DNA from: Octopus vulgaris | Lineage: Eukaryota | Length of the DNA stretch: 64,000 nucleotides | Direction of reading: 5' to 3' | Assembly (NCBI GenBank): GCA_951406725.2 | Contig: OX597825.1 | Location: 60,450,001 to 60,514,000, forward strand | Shown here: positions 51,666-64,000 of the stretch, piece after piece | Layout: the number at the start of each line of letters is the position of its first letter | Position numbering within the stretch: the first letter of the stretch is position 1 | Position numbers and translations under genes: made by a program | Notes under the pieces: model-generated | Told to the model about the DNA's origin: nothing | Database searches by the model: none | What the model saw: only the letters and a program-made list of their open reading frames with translations

Positions 51666-53217
51666 ATATACATATATATCTAGGTATGTACATATATGTA
51701 TGTATATATGCATATACGTATATATTATTTATATTATTATATTTATATAAACATACATAGTAATATATAAACATGACCCTGCATGGCCACAGCCTTAGGA
51801 ATGAAACATAAAAAAGAATAAAGGAATATATATATATATCTACACACACATACACACACATATGTATGTATATGTATATGAAAAGGAAGGAGTGAGAGAG
51901 AGAAAGGGGAAAAAGAGAATGTAGGCAAAACAGATAAACAGATATACAAGCCGAAGAATTATGAACAAAATAATGGAGAAAAACACCATAAGACAATCGT
52001 AACTTCAGATTGTAGATAAGAAGCAAAGATGAAAAGTGACAGAAATAGCGACTTAGAACAATTATTACATGCAATCTAAATAGAAAATAGAGCTTCATGC
52101 GTGAAACAACATTGTAAGATGGAAATAAATGGTACATTTAGGAATCTAAATCCTTTCTTTAAGAGGACTTGCTGTGATAATACTTTTGAAATATATGTTC
52201 AATAGTTTAAATGGGATTACTGTCTTTTAGTGTAGGCTCATGATTAGATATACTATCCAACGTTCGGTAAACATGAAACTAATGTATCGTGACCAGGTAG
52301 AATCTAGTTTGCCACAATCGTACATTGGCATTAATATATCAAGAATGTCTTGGGAATTAATTCAACACAAGATATTTGCCTTACACTACTATGCCCATGC
52401 TTTTGCGTTATTAGAAAATATAGATTCGATTAGACCGAAATCAATTCTGTTTCTAAACTGTTTGGTTATTCGAAAATATATATACTATCACGCCATATAT
52501 ACATACAAACATACATACACATATACATACACACACAAATGCCCACACACATATGCGTGCGCGCGTACACACACACATACAGAGAGTGTCCCGAAATTAA
52601 GGCAACCGAAGTTTCAGGCGTTATAACTATCAATAAATGCGATAAGATACGAAGATTATACACCATAATAAAAGCGTACTGTGTCTTCTTTTTGTTTCAG
52701 ACTAAATAAATTGAGATTTATAAGTTAGATAATGGTTATAGAAATACGATCATAAACATCCACAAAGGAGGCAGATGTAATACAACTATACGAAAAAAGC
52801 TTAAATTTAACCGAACAGTAGTATAGAAAATTGCCAAGAAATTTCAAGAGACTGTTTCCAACGCGGATCGACTTGAACGTGGCCGAAAAAGAATTGTGTT
52901 GACTCCTCAGTTTATCTGGTGTACTAGAGAAAAGATACGGCAAAATACCATAAGTTAAAAAGTTATTAATTAATAATTAAGGGTGTTACAAATAGTATCA
53001 GCACGCTAAAAGTAGAAGTCAGGAGACAACTAAAACTACAAAGTTTTAGTGACACACATTAATTAAAATCGGAGGAATGAGCAGTAATTTTAAGCCCCCG
53101 TACCATTAGTGAAAAGGAATCTTAAATTTAAAACCCAGAAATACCCGTATCGTCAAAATTTCAAACTTTATGAAACTACCAATTAGTTCTGATAAGCGAG
53201 TTCTACTGACCCGAGGG

Positions 53218-53260
<43 letters not shown>

Positions 53261-53264
53261 TACA

Positions 53265-53440
53265 TGGAATAGTTGAAACAGGGACTGCTGAAGAAGGGGA
53301 ATATTCTTTATGTTGTATGTCTCATTTCTCGGTTTTTTCGTTGTCCAAAAGATGTTCGTTTCTATGCTTCTTTTTGTTTTCGTTTCTCATTGTATTCAAC
53401 GTTTTTTTTTATATCCTGTACCCATATATGCATGTATATG
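53265..53440. repeat. Second copy of the unclassified repeat at 51488-51665
   Basis: tggaatagttgaaacagggactgctgaagaaggggaatattc...ctcattgtattcaacg...cctgtaccc. Confidence 0.8.
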
Positions 53441-53977
53441 TACATATATATGTAAGTATATATGTAAGTATGTACATATATGTAAGTATAAATGGAAGCA
53501 TGTTCATATATGTATGTATATAACCATATATTTATATAATATTTATACTATTATATTATATATATATATATATATATATATTTGCGTATACAGCTTGTAA
53601 AAATTCAATCACCACCCCCAGAACGGTAGGCGGATCCGACCGACCTTGGAAGCCTCTGAACCCAGTACATATATACCTAAAAGAAATACTGCAACTAAAG
53701 TCGTGTTCTTTTCTGTAGGCTCCTTTTAACTTTTCATTTATTTCATTTCAATGGTGATAATCACGCTGTGCTTTAATTCACAAAATCATGCATCTGCCGG
53801 TATATTTTTGTGGTATCGTATAGCTTATGCATTCCAAAACTTTAAGGCCATAAGCACTGAAGATTCTCTCAAGAGAATGTATGCATGCATGCGTTAATCA
53901 TGTATGTATGTATTATGTATGTATGTATGCATGCATGCATGTATGTATGAATACATGTATGTATGAATACATGTACG

Positions 53978-54011
<34 letters not shown>

Positions 54012-55134
54012 TGAATAATGAACGTATGTTTGAATGTATGTGTATGTATGTATGTATGCATGCATGTATATATGTATGTTAGCGAAGGGTGACTAGGAAA
54101 GTAGGGCATGTAGTCCACTCCCTCTACACACACACACACACTATACTTTGGGGCGGTTCTGAGTGTTCCACCCTCCCTCGTTTTCCGTGAAAAGTGTAGT
54201 ATTATATGCTTTGAAATATTATATGCTTTGAAAATGCATATAGTTTCTTATTACTCTTCAAGCTGTCGACTTTGAGAAAGAAGTCGAAATACTTTTTAAA
54301 GGCTGGAAGAAAGCTCGACATTCACGAACTCTTGAAGCTGATTGAGACAGTGCCAAATTAAGTGAATGTGTATAACAATGTACAACTTCTGTCAGTGATG
54401 CAGCTTTTCTGTCTTTACTGACATCGACTTATCCCCTAGATCTTTCTTGAAGCCTTTCTTTCTGAGCAACGAATCGCAAAACGTGTGACAGTTAAGATTA
54501 CATTCGAAGGTTTGTAATCACACCAAACATAACAGCAACAGATGCTGTTTTTTCGATCATTGACTTAATTACACTTTCACTTGTACCAGCTATACAATAA
54601 AATGATTTCGTTTTGAATATCTCTTGAAAGTGCTATTCGTTTTCACCATCACTTCAAAGCTGAGAAAATGTGTTCTTATACTCACAAACTAACAGACATG
54701 GGATACAGAAAAAAATTGTTCAGAATGGGTCATCTCATCATTTACTCAGACTATTCATAATACTTTCAATCAAAATAATGATGACATTTCTAGATGTCCA
54801 CTTCGATTTTTATTTTCTACGTAAGTTTTGATTTCTCTTTTCTGAGAATAGTATTATTCTACTTATCTGTTTCAAAGTTGGAGAAAGTAGAGAGAAAACT
54901 GAAATAATTGACCCTTTTGGCACCCTGGGTGGGAAGATTGAAAGCATGGGAAATTCTACTGGGTTATAATCTCTTTAAAATGAATCGAATGGATGAGGAC
55001 TTTACATTTCAATTACACACACACATACACATTGCGGGTTTCTTTGTTTCGCTGTATGTATGAAATAGTCAAGAAAATTCTGGAGTCATATGACTGAATT
55101 CAGTCATAAGAAGGGATAAAAAATACTCTCTCCA

Positions 55135-55314
55135 TGTGTGGTTAGAAGTTTGCTTCCCAACCACATGGTTCCAGGTCCAGTCTTCTAGTATCTTCTACTA
55201 TAGACTTAGGCCGACTAAAACCTTGTAAGTGGACTTGACAGAGGAGAAACTGAAAAAAAACTGTCTTATATATATATATACATACATGCATGCATACATA
55301 CATACATACATACA

Positions 55315-55348
<34 letters not shown>

Positions 55349-55535
55349 AATATAGATATACATATGTGTGAATTTGTGTACCTGTCTTTATATCTGTGTT
55401 TGTCTTTCAGCAATGCTTGACAACCGGCTTTAAAAAATGTATTTGGGTAGATTCATTAGACTAAAATATATCTAAGATAGTGCCCAGCATGGTCATAATC
55501 TACTGACTGAAAACAGTTGAAGATAAAAGATGAAA
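55135..55535 (+). mobile_element. CORE-like SINE, diverged, with expanded internal (TACA)n
   Basis: tgtgtggttagaagtttgcttcccaaccacatggttccagg...tcttctactatag...gtgcccagcatgg...tgactgaaa. Confidence 0.8.
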
Positions 55536-55759
55536 TATGTACACTTCGGTGCCGAATAATCGTATGAAATATATCAGAAAGCAATAAAACACACTTGTAA
55601 ATTGACTAAATATTCATTTCTCGTCTAAATCTGTCCGACTGGGATGAACGCCTCAGGAAAGTCCTCTGAATATGCAAGTGTATGATCTCTGCTGCACAGT
55701 ACGGTAAAAACATCAGCACTTCAAGAGAGAAAAGTTGACAACGTGTCTGCTGGCTTAAT

Positions 55760-56046
55760 ACGGCTGAAAGGCAAGCAGTAAAATATCTGCTTTCTGTCTC
55801 TTTCTCTGTCTTGGTCATTGATCTTACTATGACTGAAAGCAGTAAAAAATTTGCAAGCATTAAGATATGTTTTCTCTTTCTTGACTGCTCATTTTTTGTT
55901 TCTCTTGTTGGAATTAAAAGAATACAAAGAAAATAACATCATTGCTCTTACTATGAGTGAAAGCAAGCAGTAAAAAGTTTGCTTTCTCTTTCCCCTATGT
56001 TTCTGTTGACAACTTAACACCAGTGAAAGGCAAGCAGTAAAATATC
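55760..56046. repeat. Irregular minisatellite built on tgaaag(g)caagcagtaaaa
   Basis: Motif at ~55764, 55833, 55958 and 56024; two copies are preceded by tcttactatga. Confidence 0.7.
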
Positions 56047-56181
56047 AATAATCAATTATATATTACACAAAATATATTTATTGTGGCAAAATAGTAAAGC
56101 ATGCAGTGCATACGTTGCATACATAGATCCATGCCCTTATATGTATGTATGTATGCATGTATGTATGTATGTATGTATATA

Positions 56182-56561
56182 TACATCGAGAGTTACACAA
56201 ATACTAGAACTGGGCGCCACTGCATAGTGCCAAGGACTCCAAATTTGCTATCAAGATGTAGGACAAGATACTGCATTAGCCTGGGCTTCAGAGGTCCACA
56301 GCTCTTCAATATCCTTGCGAAGGACCTGAGAGACCTGCATCGGGTGGATGTAGGTATCTTTAAAATAAAGCTGGACCTCTTCCTGTCAGGCGTCCCAGAT
56401 AAACCAACTTCGCGGCAGGAGATGCAAATGAGGGCAGCTGCATCAAACTCTCTCATGCACCGAATGTCAATTGCTAAAAAGTATTCGTGAAGTAAAATTA
56501 TGTAGCAACACCAAATGGCGGTGCCCCAGCATGGCCACAGCTCATGAGCTGAAACTAGATG

Positions 56562-56565
<4 letters not shown>
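56182..56565 (+). pseudogene. 3' end of a CR1-like LINE ORF2 plus 3' UTR
   Basis: SLGFRGPQLFNILAKDLRDLHRVDVGIFKIKLDLFLSGVPDKP...RAAASNSL is a typical CR1-group ORF2 C-terminus. Stop at 56488-56490; 3' UTR has hairpin cagctcatgagctg, then (AT)n. Confidence 0.85.
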
Positions 56566-56601
<36 letters not shown>

Positions 56602-57576
56602 TTCTCTTTTGTAGTTAATCATTTAAATTCTTCTTCCGAAGAAGGAGCTGGTTTCTAAGAAATATACGAAGCTCCATCTTTGGAATGTAGATAACGAAAA
56701 CAATGTCATATTTTAAACCTGAGAAAAGTCTGGCATATTTTTCCTGTTCCACTTACAGATTGTATTTGTAATGTGCAAATAAGTTGATTGATTTCTTCTT
56801 GTGAAAATCCAATTTTATCTAGACTGACAGTTAGGCATTTAGATACAAAATCAAGTGCTCCAATTATTATTGATATAAATGTAAATTTGTAATCCGGATA
56901 GGGAATGTGAACGTTTCGAAGCAGTTGTCTATAATTATCTTGTTTGTTTGCTTGTTTCTTCCTTTCTGTATGTACTAATCTATGTATGTATGTATGTATG
57001 TGTGCATGTTTGGATAGATTACTTGGTGTACGTATGTATGTGTATCTATATAAATCTTTGTATGTGTGTGAATATGTATGAGCGTGTGTTTATTACAAAA
57101 ATGTGATAGATAATAAGTCTCTTCATAAGGGTTAAATCCATCTTGTATTGTGAATAAGTTGCTACAAGGAAACTTATAAACAACTGTCACATTTCTTATG
57201 ATATAAAAACGCATGTATATCACACTGAATTCTATGCCTTCTATTTCAGTATATAGTGTACACCTTATTTCAATTTTACATTTTTTACACAGAATTGAAT
57301 ATGCCTTTGTTGCACTTCAGTTCCCTTTTAATTTCGCTTTTCCTATGTTAAATGTACCCGGCAAATCTTCCCTTTTGTCAATTGCATTTTCTGCCTTTGA
57401 TGTTCACTTCCATGGTGTATATCACTTCTCTGAAGGTTCTCGCTTTAGTGAATTTCTGTGAACGCAACGTTTATTCCCCGGAGACATCGACAATCATCGA
57501 CACTATGTGGCATGCAAATCTAGTAAAAATTCTGCATAAATCAGAGGATTCGCTTTCTAAATTGTTTCATTATTCC

Positions 57577-57652
<76 letters not shown>

Positions 57653-58774
57653 ACTCGTATTCTCTTAGAGTAGTTCTATTTACTCCGATAAGTTTGATAC
57701 TCGATACTATTCGGTATTTTTGTGCGCATATGCAAACATAAATATGGCCCCCAAAGACTCCAGCTTCTGCAGTAGTGGCTTTGGAGTCAGCAAGTACAAA
57801 TGGGGAGAGAATAACAAGCTTGATGGACTGATTGCATGATACTCAACGAAACCGACAGATGGCCGTTTCCTCTGAGCTCCGAACAAATGTCGCTGCACGT
57901 TGCAGCGATCGAATCTCTGAAGACGGAACAATGATAAGCCCCTTCAAAACAGCTGCCATATTTTTGATGTCCGATTTCATCGAAAGCGTGGCAGCTGACT
58001 TGAAGTGGCGAAATCCTGATACCCATGCCAATTTCTCAATTGGCACTAATCTAATAGCTCTTTGCTGGACTAACTCACATAGATCATAGACGACCACACA
58101 TAGGTCATAGACGACCACACATGTCACATTGAGATCTAATTGCAGTTCATGTCCGTTATATGCACTTGGTGTTTTTAACACTGCCTATTGCATTTTGTAT
58201 CTTGTTCATTTCTATTGTGTATTTCACATATCTTAACGTTCTTGCTTTAGTGGATTTCAGTGAAAGCATTGTTGCTCCCTGGAGACTTAAACAAAATCTT
58301 CGGTAGGCTTAGGTCTACAAATATACCAAAAGACCCGTATATAGGATCCTCTCTTCACATCTCTTTCCCGAATAATATCTTATCAGAACGCACCACCGTA
58401 GCATAAGCGGGGAAATCTATTTCCTCCCAATTCTAAATACTCACAGGTATAACTATGGATTCGCCCATTAATTATCTACATTCTGTGACATCCAACGATG
58501 CCTATATTTTTTTCATATATCAAAATATAGTCAATTAATATCAAGAAACCATCCCTGTACTATACTCTTAAATCTAAGGAGTCAACATTTAGAGTCTTTG
58601 CGACCACTACAGATCAACCAATGAAACTCTCTGTCACTGATGTGTAGCGAAACCATATCTTTTGCATAACCTAGTCTGCTTCAGAATGGCTGGTCCTTCT
58701 CTCCTGGTTCAGAAACTATTTGAGCAGATGGTGTGTGGAATTTTATTGCTCAGTTCTGATGCAACGACCGCACG

Positions 58775-58839
<65 letters not shown>

Positions 58840-59426
58840 AGACAGACATGCTCATACACAGACACACACACACAACTATAGCATAGATTAATATTCAGAG
58901 CTTAACTAGTTAGATAGACGAATTACAAATTCAGTTACACAAACATATATACTCATACAGAGAAAACACACACACACACATACACCCACACATACATATA
59001 TATGTATACATTCACAGAAAATCACGCAGAATCAAACACATACATAAACTCTTTTATCTGGCTTTATCTCACATTGTTTCCTTTCTTTGTCCTTTGTAAA
59101 ACTGCTATAACGGTTTCTTCCTTCAAGGCTGGATCATCAAGTACCTCCCTCATTCATGTACAAAAAATATTCGTTTTTACATCTTACGTAAACGAAAATG
59201 TGCACCTACCTGTTTCCGGACCCCAAATTGAACGCAATGCACTGTTGTTCCTAAACCGAACAGTAGTTCCCAAGTTGATTGTGCATACTCAGGTCTTTCC
59301 TGGAAATACTGATGAACGGCAATTTAAACGGAAGTTGAAGAGCAATCTCTAAGGTATTGTACAATTCGTAATAACAGATTTTTCATCCTATTCAGTAACA
59401 CAAACATATATGCAAAGAGAGAATGT

Positions 59427-59429
59427 GTG

Positions 59430-59501
<72 letters not shown>

Positions 59502-59819
59502 TGTATGTATGTATTTATGTATTTTTAATTCATCTCTCTGGCTATCGATCAATCTTTATTCATAACCTTATCTACATATACACATAGGAACAGCTTAATG
59601 TATGTATATATTTACATACAGACATATAGGGAGAGAGACAGATAATAAGATATGTAGATCTATATATATATAAATATATGGACAAGTATAGATATATATA
59701 CATTCACACACACACACATATATATATATATGTATATACGCACACATTGATACATGTAGACATATAGTTTTATCTCGCTACAGTTAGACAGAGATATACA
59801 TATATATAAATATATATAA

Positions 59820-59890
<71 letters not shown>

Positions 59891-59955
59891 CATACATACA
59901 TACATACATACATACATACATACATACATACATACATACATACATACATACATAG
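59427..59955. repeat. (AT)n/(TACA)n microsatellite cluster
   Basis: Direct reading. Confidence 0.9.
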
Positions 59956-60822
59956 AATTATTTCTCGAAACTTTGTTTTTCTTATGGTACAACTAACAAA
60001 TGTCTCTCATCACATTACTTTCCATCATAAATATTAGTTGAAAATATTATGAGGCGATAATTCTCTTTTTCTTTTATTTTTCCCCTCAATGAAAAATTTG
60101 ATATTAACGTTAATTCTGCGGAAATAATAATTTTGAAACTGTAGTATTAGGCGAGGGTGGAGAGCGCGGAAGGTGTTAGTAAAATCCTGCTTTTATTTTT
60201 CGGTAACATTTATCTTATACCGTTGGTATTCATTCAAGTTAGAAAGTGATTAATCAATACTAAATACATTCAAATCCTATTAAGAAATATGTAAGTAGTT
60301 TTTATTTTTTATCTACTATTTCAGCAGAAGCTATCAGTTAGTGTGACAAACTATATCACTGAGATAAGTAGCGATACATCATAAAGATAAGAAAGCAGAA
60401 AAAAAAACGCGCTTTGTAAATAACTCGGGCGCTATTTTATCTTCCTCTCAAATTGTAGGATTTGCCAAACTGTCAAAACAAAATATTACCTTCCTAAACG
60501 TCGTTGTTATAGATCATTTAGCAAGACGTTAATATTTGTAAATTCTTTTGTGCTAAAAAAAGACAAACAGCTATATATAATAAATACAAAAAAAATTCCA
60601 ACAAAATCTTTAATGCTATTTTGTTTTCATTTTATTCTCTCATAAATGGTTAGTCACAGTCTATTTCAGTCTCAGAATACGAATGATTTATATACCAGCC
60701 GAAAATATCAAAATATTTTGTCACTTCTCTCTAAGTTTTTGTGGAATTTTATAATTCTTTCTTTTTTCTTTTTTATTTGTATTAGGAATTTTTTCAATTA
60801 ATTTTACGTTTATATTTTGTAA

Positions 60823-61150
60823 TCTTCTTCTTTTCTTCTTCTTCTACTTCTTCTCCTTCTTTTTCTTCTTCTTTTTCTTCTTCTTTTTCTTCTTCTTTTT
60901 CTTCTTCTTTTTCTTCTTCTTCTTCTTCTTCTTCTTCTTCTTCTTCTTCTTCTTCTTCTTCTTCTTCTTCTTCTTCTTCTTCTTCTTCTTCTTCTTCGTC
61001 TTCTTCTTCTTCTTCTACTTATTATTATTATTATCATTACTGTGGTTGTTGTTGTTGTCGCCCCTCGTGGTCAATAAAAAACGATTTGTATTTTTATTGT
61101 TGTTGTTGTTGTTGTTGTTGTTGTTATTATTATTATTATTATTATTACTT
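60823..61150. repeat. Compound trinucleotide tract (TTC)n-(TTA)n-(TTG)n
   Basis: Direct reading; source of the poly-R and poly-N ORFs. Confidence 0.95.
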
Positions 61151-61209
61151 TTATTATTTATTATCAATATTTTCATTATTGAGTGTGTTAGAAATATAGA
61201 AACTCCAAA

Positions 61210-61555
61210 ATACCCATCATGACAACACGTGTGATAAGGGCACATCAGACACATGATCATAGCCATATGTACACGATATAGTGATCTCATATCAAGGTAA
61301 ACAGTGCATGACCTTACAAGTGTAGTTCCGCTAGAAGTCTGTTCAGGTTGAGTAAGCCATCTCTTTCAAAACCTCCCTGAATAAGGTTTCTTTAACGATG
61401 ATGAAAGGAACATCCCTTTTTCTAGAGGTGAATTATTCGAACCCCAAAGAATTTCTCTTAACACAAGGCTATGACGTACCCTTACTACGCCTGCTCCTAA
61501 TCAGAAATGCACATATCGTCAGCCACTAAAGCATTTGTGTAAAGCATTGTGTAAA
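61210..61555 (-). mobile_element. Probable decayed SINE/LINE-tail repeat
   Basis: GC-richer block adjoining the trinucleotide tail (ccatcatgacaacacgtgtgataaggg...cacatatcgtcagccactaa). No second copy in the window; recognition is tentative. Confidence 0.35.
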
Positions 61556-61619
61556 AGCATTTGCTTTTACACAATGAAAAACATATATGATAACACTATA
61601 ACACTATCAATCACTTAAG

Positions 61620-61687
<68 letters not shown>

Positions 61688-61770
61688 ATACATATATATA
61701 TTATATAATAAATTAAGGAAGGAAAATGAACATAGTTTTAATATGTTTCTATATATTTTGTATTGTGTTT

Positions 61771-61803
61771 GTCGACCGGTTTCGCTTTCGCTAATCATCA
61801 CGT
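61771..61803 (-). ncRNA. Decayed minimal hammerhead motif downstream of the PLE
   Basis: Reverse complement cGTGATGA tta GC-gaaa-GC GAAACCGGTC gac: palindromic ACCGGT, GUC triplet, core C3>G. Confidence 0.5.
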
Positions 61804-63020
61804 TAAAATTATTTTAATTACGTATTCTCTTAAGCAAAAACTTTTTGTCCTGGTTGTGTGTGGAGTTTATGAATGAATTATTCAATATGTAGAAAATTTT
61901 AAGGGGTAGTAATTGGTGATCGCTATCATTGTGGACAGGGGAGATGACTTTTCATCTTTCGGTTGGTAAGGGGCAAATACACAAAAATTCAAAAGCTAGG
62001 GTAGTGGGGAGAAATATGTAGTGATGGGTATGTATTCGTGAATTAAAATATTTATAGAGACGTGTTATGTATATTTCGATGAATAAATTTTCTTTATTGA
62101 AACGTTCCTGTATATGATTAAATTTTCTTTATTGAAACGTTCTTGTACTAGTGGAAGGGAAGACCGTGAAATTTGGTTTGACGTTATCTGTACATCTCTT
62201 TATGTGTTCACTTAAAGGAATCTGTCTGTATTGCTGGAGTCGGATCTGCTCCTTGTGTAGAGTGGTTCTCCGTCTCAGTGTCATACTCGTCTGTCCTATA
62301 CAGTTATGTTCACAACCCGAGCAGGTTATTACATAAATTAAATTCTCAGAGGCGCAAGTGAGGTTGGTTTTAATTGTGAACCTCTCTCCTTGTTTGAATA
62401 GGAAATCCGCGCCCCCAAGTAGGTTGGGGCATGTTTCACAGTTTGGGCGTCTACATTTTTTAACCGTTGACTTCGTGGTTGTTCTGTAAAGCCTTGCATT
62501 TGTTAGAAGTCGCTTTAGTGATTTGTGATGCTTTTTCCATTTGATGAATTTATGTATCTTCAGGATGTTGTTCATTTTGGGGGTCTCCAGTTAGTAAAGG
62601 AATATTTTACACAATAGTGTTGTATGCTTCATTGTTTCTAGGGTTGTGAGTTGATATATACAGTAGTATTTTGAGATGAGGTATGGTGTTTTGTTTTGTT
62701 ATCCTTAGTGCTTTTATGCTTAGTTTCTTGGCACGCTTAATTCCATCGTCTATAAGTGAAGGTAGATATTGTCTTTCAGTTAGTGTTGTTCTGAGGTCTT
62801 GAAGACGAAGATCCCATTAGTTCTATCATACACTACTGTGCAGATCCTTTTTGCTAAATTAAAAGGAATATTTCTTTTGATGTGTTTCGAATGGCATGAG
62901 CTAAAAAGGAGTTATTGCTTCGAATCAGTTGGTTTATGATAAATGTCATTTATAATTTGATTGTTGACTTTGTTATCATAATATCCAGAAATGGGAGCTG
63001 TTCTTTGCTATATTCCGTAG
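61800..63020 (-). pseudogene. Neptune-type Penelope-like element: RT C-terminus, Zn-finger and GIY-YIG endonuclease (decayed)
   Basis: ORF 62129-62575 has KSLKRLL..., C-x4-C-x2-C, TCASENLIYVITCSGCEHNCIGQT...LRRR...H. Upstream frames give PFLDI, DIYHKPTDSKQ*LLFSSCHSKHIKRNIPFNLAKRICT. Confidence 0.92.
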
Positions 63021-64000
63021 TTTTCTTTTAAACTGAGCGAGACGTTTAAAGTAAGGAGCGCACACGAGCTAATGTAGCGAATATTTCAGAAATAGATGTT
63101 AAAATGTTATTTTCAACTGAAGATGCCAGACTATGTTGTTCATACAAAGGGTGAAAGCAATTGGTATTGAAATTTACATTGCTTACTGATGTATTCAATG
63201 CAAAGATAAGCCTATTTCTCATATGTTATTTGCATTGCTTGTGTGCATTTTCATCGTGAATTTATGGTGGTTTTCGAGCCCTGGCTCTTTCTTTCAGCAA
63301 GTGGTAATATATACGCTGCTGTATCTAAATTTGCCTATATATGACTTGATACTTTTAATGTATTTCAATATATATAGATATGGAACTTAAAACTACACGA
63401 GCGTATTTGTATCCATACTATCCCTAGAGCTTATAGACATATTTTCTCTAGTAAAACATATTTTTGCTTTATTATAAAAAAGGGAGATTATTAGTTACTC
63501 ACAGTTTGACCTAGTGAAATAATATTGTGACACCGGATTTTAACTTCTCTCGCATCTTCTATGTGAGTAAAACAGTTTTTTGTTCTTTTTTTATATTCCT
63601 AATACTAGCAATATTATAATATTTCTCCGTAATACTTCTAAAAAACATTATCGTAGTATAATATAAACAAACTTTTCATCCCTTCTTTATTGATATTTTC
63701 AGTCCAATTCTTTGTATATTAACACCCCTCATAATTACATTTGTCTTTCTCCCATCTTCCTCCAATAAACTTATAAATATAATTATAAACATATTTTTCA
63801 AATGCATTTGATCTTTTAGCATCATTTCCACGTTCAATATTCGCTAAATTTAAACGATCAATTAATTTCTAATCACATGAACTCCTAATATGGTGTTTTT
63901 TACATTAGAAAATTATAAACGAAACCCTCAAATAAGATATTCCCCAATACAAGACCGGAAAATATACTTACTTTTCCCTGGAGATACTCGGCAATATATT

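Noticed and set aside
52577-52630. Tc1/mariner-like terminus (tacagagagtgtcccgaaatt), with a similar hint near 54143
   Set aside because: No partner TIR or transposase remnant found.
55820-55975. ttactatga.tgaaagc..agtaa as a possible hammerhead
   Set aside because: The core lacks the G of CUGA and there is no helix II; treated as a minisatellite.
57843-58181. Faint resemblance of SAATL...MAAVLK to a Helitron Pif1 helicase
   Set aside because: No Walker A/B motifs and the spacing is wrong.
60810-61290. Poly-Arg (protamine-like) and poly-Asn ORFs
   Set aside because: Frames of the (TTC)n/(TTA)n/(TTG)n microsatellite.

Overview
AT-rich, repeat-saturated eukaryotic (animal) DNA, probably intronic or intergenic. 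The SINE families and the very high density of (AT)n/(AC)n/(TATG)n/(GATA)n microsatellites suggest a coleoid cephalopod, most likely Octopus; this is inferred from recognition of the repeats, not from a search. No intact host protein-coding gene is supported, and most ORFs in the track are microsatellite or SINE read-throughs. Recognisable remnants: three Penelope-like elements (one with a Zn-finger plus GIY-YIG endonuclease), a Tigger/pogo transposon, a mariner-derived MITE, two non-autonomous Helitrons, CR1-like and R4/Dong-like LINE 3' ends, and many copies of two tRNA-derived SINE families. The most interesting signal is a set of about 10 type I hammerhead ribozyme (HHR) motifs, ranging from near-intact to decayed. 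These include a triple-HHR cassette with tandem and inverted copies at 22.1-22.35 kb and a 350-bp-period HHR repeat at 31.3-31.8 kb that resembles a non-LTR retrozyme. All structures were read by eye; coordinates of decayed elements are approximate.
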